Shown here: piece after piece, positions 52,300 to 64,000 of the stretch
How positions within the stretch are numbered: the first letter of the stretch is position 1
Layout: every line of letters starts with the position of its first letter
NCBI GenBank assembly: GCA_964057225.1
Contig: OZ059894.1
Coordinates: 1 to 64,000 of the forward strand
Length of the DNA stretch: 64,000 nt
DNA from: Auanema rhodensis
Lineage: Eukaryota > Animalia > Nematoda
Direction of reading: 5' to 3'
The notes under the pieces: generated by a model
Told to the model about the DNA's origin: nothing
The model's database searches: none
Seen by the model: only the letters and a program-made list of their open reading frames with translations
Made by a program: the position numbers and the translations under genes

Positions 52300-55200
52300 C
52301 ACGTAAATTTCAAAGTCATGGTTACCATGAACCAATATCAATAAAAATTTGTTTTTAGACTAATATGGACATGGGGAATCTAATTTTGAAAACCGCATCT
52401 CTTTATCTTTCACGTGAAGCGAGTTACATACCAAGTGCACATCACGTGTACATTTAATTAGCATAAATTAAAGTTCACGTAAATTTCAAAGTCATGGTTA
52501 CCATGCACCAATATCAATAAAAATTTGTTTTTAGACTAATATGGACATGGAGAATCTAATTTTGAAAACCGCATCTCTTCATCTTTCACGTGAAGCGAGT
52601 TACATACCAAGTGCACATCACGTGTACATTTAATTAGCATAAATTAAAGTTCACGTAAATTTCAAAGTCATGGTTACCATGCACCAATATCAATAAAAAT
52701 TTGTTTTTAGACTAATATGGACATGGGGAATCTAATTTTGAAAACCGCATCTCTTTATCTTTCACGTGAAGCGAGTTACATACCAAGTGCACATCACGTG
52801 TACATTTAATTAGCATAAATTAAAGTTCACGTAAATTTCAAAGTCATGGTTACCATGCACCAATATCAATAAAAATTTGTTTTTAGACTAATATGGACAT
52901 GGGGAATCTAATTTTGAAAACCGCATCTCTTTATCTTTCACGTGAAGCGAGTTACATACCAAGTGCACATCACGTGTACATTTAATTAGCATAAATTAAA
53001 GTTCACGTAAATTTCAAAGTCATGGTTACCATGCACCAATATCAATAAAAATTTGTTTTTAGACTAATATGGACATGGGGAATCTAATTTTGAAAACCGC
53101 ATCTCTTTATCTTTCACGTGAAGCGAGTTACATACCAAGTGCACATCACGTGTACATTTAATTAGCATAAATTAAAGTTCACGTAAATTTCAAAGTCATG
53201 GTTACCATGCACCAATATCAATAAAAATTTGTTTTTAGACTAATATGGACATGGGGAATCTAATTTTGAAAACCGCATCTCTTTATCTTTCACGTGAAGC
53301 GAGTTACATACCAAGTGCACATCACGTGTACATTTAATTAGCATAAATTAAAGTTCACGTAAATTTCAAAGTCATGGTTACCATGCACCAATATCAATAA
53401 AAATTTGTTTTTAGACTAATATGGACATGGGGAATCTAATTTTGAAAACCGCATCTCTTTATCTTTCACGTGAAGCGAGTTACATACCAAGTGCACATCA
53501 CGTGTACATTTAATTAGCATAAATTAAAGTTCACGTAAATTTCAAAGTCATGGTTACCATGAACCAATATTAATAAAAATTTGTTTTTAGACTAATATGG
53601 ACATGGGGAATCTAATTTTGAAAACCGCATCTCTTTATCTTTCACGTGAAGCGAGTTACATACCAAGTGCACATCACGTGTACATTTAATTAGCATAAAT
53701 TAAAGTTCACGTAAATTTCAAAGTCATGGTTACCATGCACCAATATCAATAAAAATTTGTTTTTAGACTAATATGGACATGGGGAATCTAATTTTGAAAA
53801 CCGCATCTCTTTATCTTTCACGTGAAGCGAGTTACATACCAAGTGCACATCACGTGTACATTTAATTAGCATAAATTAAAGTTCACGTAAATTTCAAAGT
53901 CATGGTTACCATGAACCAATATCAATAAAAATTTGTTTTTAGACTAATATGGACATGGGGAATCTAATTTTGAAAACCGCATCTCTTTATCTTTCACGTG
54001 AAGCGAGTTACATACCAAGTGCACATCACGTGTACATTTAATTAGCATAAATTAAAGTTCACGTAAATTTCAAAGTCATGGTTACCATGAACCAATATCA
54101 ATAAAAATTTGTTTTTAGACTAATATGGACATGGGGAATCTAATTTTCAAAACCGCATCTCTTTATCTTTCACGTGAAGCGAGTTACATACCAAGTGCAC
54201 ATCACGTGTACATTTAATTAGCATAAATTAAAGTTCACGTAAATTTCAAAGTCATGGTTACCATAAACCAATATCAATAAAAATTTGTTTTTAGACTAAT
54301 ATGGACATGGGGAATCTAATTTTGAAAACCGCATCTCTTTATCTTTCACGTGAAGCGAGTTACATACCAAGTGCACATCACGTGTACATTTAATTAGCAT
54401 AAATTAAAGTTCACGTAAATTTCAAAGTCATGGTTACCATGAAGCAATATCAATAAAAATTTGTTTTTAGACTAATATGGACATGGGGAATCTAATTTTG
54501 AAAACCGCATCTCTTTATCTTTCACGTGAAGCGAGTTACATACCAAGTGCACATCACGTGTACATTTAATTAGCATAAATTAAAGTTCACGTAAATTTCA
54601 AAGTCATGGTTACCATGAACCAATATCAAAATAAATTTGTTTTTAGACTAATATGGACATGGGGAATCTAATTTTGAAAACCGCATCTCTTTATCTTTCA
54701 CGTGAAGCGAGTTACATACCAAGTGCACATCACGTGTACATTTAATTAGCATAAATTAAAGTTCACGTAAATTTCAAAGTCATGGTTACCATGCACCAAT
54801 ATCAATAAAAATTTGTTTTTAGACTAATATGGACATGGGGAATCTAATTTTGAAAACCGCATCTCTTTATCTTTCACGTGAAGCGAGTTACATACCAAGT
54901 GCACATCACGTGTACATTTAATTAGCATAAATTAAAGTTCACGTAAATTTCAAAGTCATGGTTACCATGCACCAATATCAATAAAAATTTGTTTTTAGAC
55001 TAATATGGACATGGGGAATCTAATTTTGAAAACCGCATCTCTTTATCTTTCACGTGAAGCGAGTTACATACCAAGTGCACATCACGTGTACATTTAATTA
55101 GCATAAATTAAAGTTCACGTAAATTTCAAAGTCATGGTTACCATGCACCAATATCAATAAAAATTTGTTTTTAGACTAATATGGACATGGGGAATCTAAT

Positions 55201-58200
55201 TTTGAAAACCGCATCTCTTTATCTTTCACGTGAAGCGAGTTACATACCAAGTGCACATCACGTGTACATTTAATTAGCATAAATTAAAGTTCACGTAAAT
55301 TTCAAAGTCATGGTTACCATGAAGCAATATCAATAAAAATTTGTTTTTAGACTAATATGGACATGGGGAATCTAATTTTGAAAACCACATCTCTTTATCT
55401 TTCACGTGAAGCGAGTTACATACCAAGTGCACATCACGTGTACATTTAATTAGCATAAATTAAAGTTCACGTAAATTTCAAAGTCATGGTTACCATGAAC
55501 CAATATCAAAAAAAATTTGTTTTTAGACTAATATGGACATGGGGAATCTAATTTTGAAAACCGCATCTCTTTATCTTTCACGTGAAGCGAGTTACATACC
55601 AAGTGCACATCACGTGTACATTTAATTAGCATAAATTAAAGTTCACGTAAATTTCAAAGTCATGGTTACCATGCACCAATATCAATAAAAATTTGTTTTT
55701 AGACTAATATGGACATGGGGAATCTAATTTTGAAAACCGCATCTCTTTATCTTTCACGTGAAGCGAGTTACATACCAAGTGCACATCACGTGTACATTTA
55801 ATTAGCATAAATTAAAGTTCACGTAAATTTCAAAGTCATGGTTACCATGCACCAATATCAATAAAAATTTGTTTTTAGACTAATATGGACATGGGGAATC
55901 TAATTTTGAAAACCGCATCTCTTTATCTTTCACGTGAAGCGAGTTACATACCAAGTGCACATCACGTGTACATTTAATTAGCATAAATTAAAGTTCACGT
56001 AAATTTCAAAGTCATGGTTACCATGCACCAATATCAATAAAAATTTGTTTTTAGACTAATATGGACATGGGGAATCTAATTTTGAAAACCGCATCTCTTT
56101 ATCTTTCACGTGAAGCGAGTTACATACCAAGTGCACATCACGTGTACATTTAATTAGCATAAATTAAAGTTCACGTAAATTTCAAAGTCATGGTTACCAT
56201 GAACCAATATCAATAAAAATTTGTTTTTAGACTAATATGGACATGGGGAATCTAATTTTGAAAACCGCATCTCTTTATCTTTCACGTGAAGCGAGTTACA
56301 TACCAAGTGCACATCACGTGTACATTTAATTAGCATAAATTAAAGTTCACGTAAATTTCAAAGTCATGGTTACCATGAACCAATATCAATAAAAATTTGT
56401 TTTTAGACTAATATGGACATGGGGAATCTAATTTTGAAAACCGCATCTCTTTATCTTTCACGTGAAGCGAGTTACATACCAAGTGCACATCACGTGTACA
56501 TTTAATTAGCATAAATTAAAGTTCACGTAAATTTCAAAGTCATGGTTACCATGCACCAATATCAATAAAAATTTGTTTTTAGACTAATATGGACATGGAG
56601 AATCTAATTTTGAAAACCGCATCTCTTCATCTTTCACGTGAAGCGAGTTACATACCAAGTGCACATCACGTGTACATTTAATTAGCATAAATTAAAGTTC
56701 ACGTAAATTTCAAAGTCATGGTTACCATGCACCAATATCAATAAAAATTTGTTTTTAGACTAATATGGACATGGGGAATCTAATTTTGAAAACCGCATCT
56801 CTTTATCTTTCACGTGAAGCGAGTTACATACCAAGTGCACATCACGTGTACATTTAATTAGCATAAATTAAAGTTCACGTAAATTTCAAAGTCATGGTTA
56901 CCATGCACCAATATCAATAAAAATTTGTTTTTAGACTAATATGGACATGGGGAATCTAATTTTGAAAACCGCATCTCTTTATCTTTCACGTGAAGCGAGT
57001 TACATACCAAGTGCACATCACGTGTACATTTAATTAGCATAAATTAAAGTTCACGTAAATTTCAAAGTCATGGTTACCATGCACCAATATCAATAAAAAT
57101 TTGTTTTTAGACTAATATGGACATGGGGAATCTAATTTTGAAAACCGCATCTCTTTATCTTTCACGTGAAGCGAGTTACATACCAAGTGCACATCACGTG
57201 TACATTTAATTAGCATAAATTAAAGTTCACGTAAATTTCAAAGTCATGGTTACCATGCACCAATATCAATAAAAATTTGTTTTTAGACTAATATGGACAT
57301 GGGGAATCTAATTTTGAAAACCGCATCTCTTTATCTTTCACGTGAAGCGAGTTACATACCAAGTGCACATCACGTGTACATTTAATTAGCATAAATTAAA
57401 GTTCACGTAAATTTCAAAGTCATGGTTACCATGAACCAATATTAATAAAAATTTGTTTTTAGACTAATATGGACATGGGGAATCTAATTTTGAAAACCGC
57501 ATCTCTTTATCTTTCACGTGAAGCGAGTTACATACCAAGTGCACATCACGTGTACATTTAATTAGCATAAATTAAAGTTCACGTAAATTTCAAAGTCATG
57601 GTTACCATGCACCAATATCAATAAAAATTTGTTTTTAGACTAATATGGACATGGGGAATCTAATTTTGAAAACCGCATCTCTTTATCTTTCACGTGAAGC
57701 GAGTTACATACCAAGTGCACATCACGTGTACATTTAATTAGCATAAATTAAAGTTCACGTAAATTTCAAAGTCATGGTTACCATGAACCAATATCAATAA
57801 AAATTTGTTTTTAGACTAATATGGACATGGGGAATCTAATTTTGAAAACCGCATCTCTTTATCTTTCACGTGAAGCGAGTTACATACCAAGTGCACATCA
57901 CGTGTACATTTAATTAGCATAAATTAAAGTTCACGTAAATTTCAAAGTCATGGTTACCATGAACCAATATCAATAAAAATTTGTTTTTAGACTAATATGG
58001 ACATGGGGAATCTAATTTTCAAAACCGCATCTCTTTATCTTTCACGTGAAGCGAGTTACATACCAAGTGCACATCACGTGTACATTTAATTAGCATAAAT
58101 TAAAGTTCACGTAAATTTCAAAGTCATGGTTACCATAAACCAATATCAATAAAAATTTGTTTTTAGACTAATATGGACATGGGGAATCTAATTTTGAAAA

Positions 58201-61200
58201 CCGCATCTCTTTATCTTTCACGTGAAGCGAGTTACATACCAAGTGCACATCACGTGTACATTTAATTAGCATAAATTAAAGTTCACGTAAATTTCAAAGT
58301 CATGGTTACCATGAAGCAATATCAATAAAAATTTGTTTTTAGACTAATATGGACATGGGGAATCTAATTTTGAAAACCGCATCTCTTTATCTTTCACGTG
58401 AAGCGAGTTACATACCAAGTGCACATCACGTGTACATTTAATTAGCATAAATTAAAGTTCACGTAAATTTCAAAGTCATGGTTACCATGAACCAATATCA
58501 AATAAATTTGTTTTTAGACTAATATGGACATGGGGAATCTAATTTTGAAAACCGCATCTCTTTATCTTTCACGTGAAGCGAGTTACATACCAAGTGCACA
58601 TCACGTGTACATTTAATTAGCATAAATTAAAGTTCACGTAAATTTCAAAGTCATGGTTACCATGCACCAATATCAATAAAATTTGTTTTTAGACTAATAT
58701 GGACATGGGGAATCTAATTTTGAAAACCGCATCTCTTTATCTTTCACGTGAAGCGAGTTACATACCAAGTGCACATCACGTGTACATTTAATTAGCATAA
58801 ATTAAAGTTCACGTAAATTTCAAAGTCATGGTTACCATGCACCAATATCAATAAAAATTTGTTTTTAGACTAATATGGACATGGGGAATCTAATTTTGAA
58901 AACCGCATCTCTTTATCTTTCACGTGAAGCGAGTTACATACCAAGTGCACATCACGTGTACATTTAATTAGCATAAATTAAAGTTCACGTAAATTTCAAA
59001 GTCATGGTTACCATGCACCAATATCAATAAAAATTTGTTTTTAGACTAATATGGACATGGGGAATCTAATTTTGAAAACCGCATCTCTTTATCTTTCACG
59101 TGAAGCGAGTTACATACCAAGTGCACATCACGTGTACATTTAATTAGCATAAATTAAAGTTCACGTAAATTTCAAAGTCATGGTTACCATGAAGCAATAT
59201 CAATAAAAATTTGTTTTTAGACTAATATGGACATGGGGAATCTAATTTTGAAAACCACATCTCTTTATCTTTCACGTGAAGCGAGTTACATACCAAGTGC
59301 ACATCACGTGTACATTTAATTAGCATAAATTAAAGTTCACGTAAATTTCAAAGTCATGGTTACCATGAACCAATATCAAAAAAAATTTGTTTTTAGACTA
59401 ATATGGACATGGGGAATCTAATTTTGAAAACCGCATCTCTTTATCTTTCACGTGAAGCGAGTTACATACCAAGTGCACATCACGTGTACATTTAATTAGC
59501 ATAAATTAAAGTTCACGTAAATTTCAAAGTCATGGTTACCATGCACCAATATCAATAAAAATTTGTTTTTAGACTAATATGGACATGGGGAATCTAATTT
59601 TGAAAACCGCATCTCTTTATCTTTCACGTGAAGCGAGTTACATACCAAGTGCACATCACGTGTACATTTAATTAGCATAAATTAAAGTTCACGTAAATTT
59701 CAAAGTCATGGTTACCATGCACCAATATCAATAAAAATTTGTTTTTAGACTAATATGGACATGGGGAATCTAATTTTGAAAACCGCATCTCTTTATCTTT
59801 CACGTGAAGCGAGTTACATACCAAGTGCACATCACGTGTACATTTAATTAGCATAAATTAAAGTTCACGTAAATTTCAAAGTCATGGTTACCATGCACCA
59901 ATATCAATAAAAATTTGTTTTTAGACTAATATGGACATGGGGAATCTAATTTTGAAAACCGCATCTCTTTATCTTTCACGTGAAGCGAGTTACATACCAA
60001 GTGCACATCACGTGTACATTTAATTAGCATAAATTAAAGTTCACGTAAATTTCAAAGTCATGGTTACCATGAACCAATATCAATAAAAATTTGTTTTTAG
60101 ACTAATATGGACATGGGGAATCTAATTTTGAAAACCGCATCTCTTTATCTTTCACGTGAAGCGAGTTACATACCAAGTGCACATCACGTGTACATTTAAT
60201 TAGCATAAATTAAAGTTCACGTAAATTTCAAAGTCATGGTTACCATGAACCAATATCAATAAAAATTTGTTTTTAGACTAATATGGACATGGGGAATCTA
60301 ATTTTGAAAACCGCATCTCTTTATCTTTCACGTGAAGCGAGTTACATACCAAGTGCACATCACGTGTACATTTAATTAGCATAAATTAAAGTTCACGTAA
60401 ATTTCAAAGTCATGGTTACCATGCACCAATATCAATAAAAATTTGTTTTTAGACTAATATGGACATGGAGAATCTAATTTTGAAAACCGCATCTCTTCAT
60501 CTTTCACGTGAAGCGAGTTACATACCAAGTGCACATCACGTGTACATTTAATTAGCATAAATTAAAGTTCACGTAAATTTCAAAGTCATGGTTACCATGC
60601 ACCAATATCAATAAAAATTTGTTTTTAGACTAATATGGACATGGGGAATCTAATTTTGAAAACCGCATCTCTTTATCTTTCACGTGAAGCGAGTTACATA
60701 CCAAGTGCACATCACGTGTACATTTAATTAGCATAAATTAAAGTTCACGTAAATTTCAAAGTCATGGTTACCATGCACCAATATCAATAAAAATTTGTTT
60801 TTAGACTAATATGGACATGGGGAATCTAATTTTGAAAACCGCATCTCTTTATCTTTCACGTGAAGCGAGTTACATACCAAGTGCACATCACGTGTACATT
60901 TAATTAGCATAAATTAAAGTTCACGTAAATTTCAAAGTCATGGTTACCATGCACCAATATCAATAAAAATTTGTTTTTAGACTAATATGGACATGGGGAA
61001 TCTAATTTTGAAAACCGCATCTCTTTATCTTTCACGTGAAGCGAGTTACATACCAAGTGCACATCACGTGTACATTTAATTAGCATAAATTAAAGTTCAC
61101 GTAAATTTCAAAGTCATGGTTACCATGCACCAATATCAATAAAAATTTGTTTTTAGACTAATATGGACATGGGGAATCTAATTTTGAAAACCGCATCTCT
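52300..61200 (+). repeat. Second 22-monomer higher-order duplication (2+ copies); boundaries approximate
   Basis: Markers 53571/57443 and 54148/58020 are 3872 bp apart. 55387/59257 are 3870 bp apart, with two 1-bp deletions between them. Confidence 0.85.
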
Positions 61201-64000
61201 TTATCTTTCACGTGAAGCGAGTTACATACCAAGTGCACATCACGTGTACATTTAATTAGCATAAATTAAAGTTCACGTAAATTTCAAAGTCATGGTTACC
61301 ATGCACCAATATCAATAAAAATTTGTTTTTAGACTAATATGGACATGGGGAATCTAATTTTGAAAACCGCATCTCTTTATCTTTCACGTGAAGCGAGTTA
61401 CATACCAAGTGCACATCACGTGTACATTTAATTAGCATAAATTAAAGTTCACGTAAATTTCAAAGTCATGGTTACCATGCACAATATCAATAAAAATTTG
61501 TTTTTAGACTAATATGGACATGGGGAATAATCTAATTTTGAAAACCGCATCTCTTTATCTTTCACGTGAAGCGAGTTACATACCAAGTGCACATCACGTG
61601 TACATTTAATTAGCATAAATTAAAGTTCACGTAAATTTCAAAGTCATGGTTACCATGCACCAATATCAATGAAAATTTGTTTTTAGACTAATATGGACAT
61701 GGGGAATCTAATTTTGAAAACCGCATCTCTTTATCTTTCACGTGAAGCGAGTTACATACCAAGTGCACATCACGTGTACATTTAATTAGCATAAATTAAA
61801 GTTCACGTAAATTTCAAAGTCATGGTTACCATGCACCAATATCAATAAAAATTTGTTTTTAGACTAATATGGACATGGGGAATCTAATTTTGAAAACCGC
61901 ATCTCTTTATCTTTCACGTGAAGCGAGTTACATACCAAGTGCACATCACGTGTACATTTAATTAGCATAAATTAAAGTTCACGTAAATTTCAAAGTCATG
62001 GTTACCATGAAGCAATATCAATAAAAATTCGTTTTTAGACTAATATGGACATGGGGAATCTAATTTTGAAAACCGCATCTCTTTATCTTTCACGTGAAGC
62101 GAGTTACATACCAAGTGCACATCACGTGTACATTTAATTAGCATAAATTAAAGTTCACGTAAATTTCAAAGTCATGGTTACCATGCACCAATATCAATAA
62201 AAATTTGTTTTTAGACTAATATGGACATGGGGAATCTAATTTTGAAAACCGCATCTCTTTATCTTTCACGTGAAGCGAGTTACATACCAAGTGCACATCA
62301 CGTGTACATTTAATTAGCATAAATTAAAGTTCACGTAAATTTCAAAGTCATGGTTACCATGAACCAATATCAATCAAAATTTGTTTTTAGACTAATATGG
62401 ACATGGGGAATCTAATTTTGAAAACCGCATCTCTTTATCTTTCACGTGAAGCGAGTTACATACCAAGTGCACATCACGTGTACATTTAATTAGCATAAAT
62501 TAAAGTTCACGTAAATTTCAAAGTCATGGTTACCATGAACCAATATCAATAAAAATTTGTTTTTAGACTAATATGGACATGGGGAATCTAATTTTCAAAA
62601 CCGCATCTCTTTATCTTTCACGTGAAGCGAGTTACATACCAAGTGCACATCACGTGTACATTTAATTAGCATAAATTAAAGTTCACGTAAATTTCAAAGT
62701 CATGGTTACCATGCACCAATATCAATAAAAATTTGTTTTTAGACTAATATGGACATGGGGAATCTAATTTTGAAAACCGCATCTCTTTATCTTTCACGTG
62801 AAGCGAGTTACATACCAAGTGCACATCACGTGTACATTTAATTAGCATAAATTAAAGTTCACGTAAATTTCAAAGTCATGGTTACCATAAACCAATATCA
62901 ATAAAAATTTGTTTTTAGACTAATATGGACATGGGGAATCTAATTTTGAAAACCGCATCTCTTTATCTTTCACGTGAAGCGAGTTACATACCAAGTGCAC
63001 ATCACGTGTACATTTAATTAGCATAAATTAAAGTTCACGTAAATTTCAAAGTCATGGTTACCATGAAGCAATATCAATAAAAATTTGTTTTTAGACTAAT
63101 ATGGACATGGGGAATCTAATTTTGAAAACCGCATCTCTTCATCTTTCACGTGAAGCGAGTTACATACCAAGTGCACATCACGTGTACATTTAATTAGCAT
63201 AAATTAAAGTTCACGTAAATTTCAAAGTCATGGTTACCATGAACCAATATCAAAAAAAATTTGTTTTTAGACTAATATGGACATGGGGAATCTAATTTTG
63301 AAAACCGCATCTCTTTATCTTTCACGTGAAGCGAGTTACATACCAAGTGCACATCACGTGTACATTTAATTAGCATAAATTAAAGTTCACGTAAATTTCA
63401 AAGTCATGGTTACCATGCACCAATATCAATAAAAATTTGTTTTTAGACTAATATGGACATGGGGAATCTAATTTTGAAAACCGCATCTCTTTATCTTTCA
63501 CGTGAAGCGAGTTACATACCAAGTGCACATCACGTGTACATTTAATTAGCATAAATTAAAGTTCACGTAAATTTCAAAGTCATGGTTACCATGAAGCAAT
63601 ATCAATAAAAATTTGTTTTTAGACTAATATGGACATGGGGAATCTAATTTTGAAAACCGCATCTCTTTATCTTTCACGTGAAGCGAGTTACATACCAAGT
63701 GCACATCACGTGTACATTTAATTAGCATAAATTAAAGTTCACGTAAATTTCAAAGTCATGGTTACCATGAACCAATATCAATAAAAATTTGTTTTTAGAC
63801 TAATATGGACATGTGGAATCTAATTTGGAAAACCGCATCTCTTTATCTTTCACGTGAAGCGAGTTACATACCAAGTGCACATCACGTGTACATTTAATTA
63901 GCATAAATTAAAGTTCACGTAAATTTCAAAGTCATGGTTACCATGAACCCATATCAATAAAAATTTGTTTTTAGACTAATATGGACATGGGGAATCTAAT

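Larger units (their letters stand above)
43073..64000 (+). repeat. 176-bp satellite, right block (~119 monomers, runs off the window end)
   Basis: Same monomer and orientation. The CCATGCAC variant predominates, with a few small indels (44426, 48319, ~58500, ~58680, ~61481, 61526-61531). Confidence 0.99.

Overview
Eukaryotic heterochromatin-like window. About 87% is one head-to-tail 176-bp AT-rich satellite (~318 near-identical monomers, dyad-rich, with local higher-order duplications of 12, 22, 23 and 28 monomers). Two 5'-truncated, clearly diverged (~60% aa identity by eye) CR1/Jockey-group LINEs interrupt it, both on the + strand: A at 29234-33106 and B at 38919-43072. Each carries ORF1, an APE-RT ORF2 and a ~500-nt 3' UTR. 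Comparing the two reveals a candidate undescribed system. (i) Both insert at the same nucleotide of the monomer (CACATC^ACGTGTAC), and all four junctions fit nicking at 5'-CACGT^-3', suggesting a satellite-targeted LINE family. (ii) ORF2 has no conserved AUG; both elements keep an identical ATG TCC TTT CGT TAA at the end of ORF1 with ORF2 in the +1 frame, and UCC_UUU_CGU is the influenza A PA-X +1 ribosomal frameshift motif, predicting an ORF1-EN-RT fusion protein. (iii) Both 3' UTRs share a ~130-nt covarying, pseudoknotted RNA element. No host genes, rRNA, tRNA or CRISPR are supported, and the host organism cannot be identified from sequence alone.
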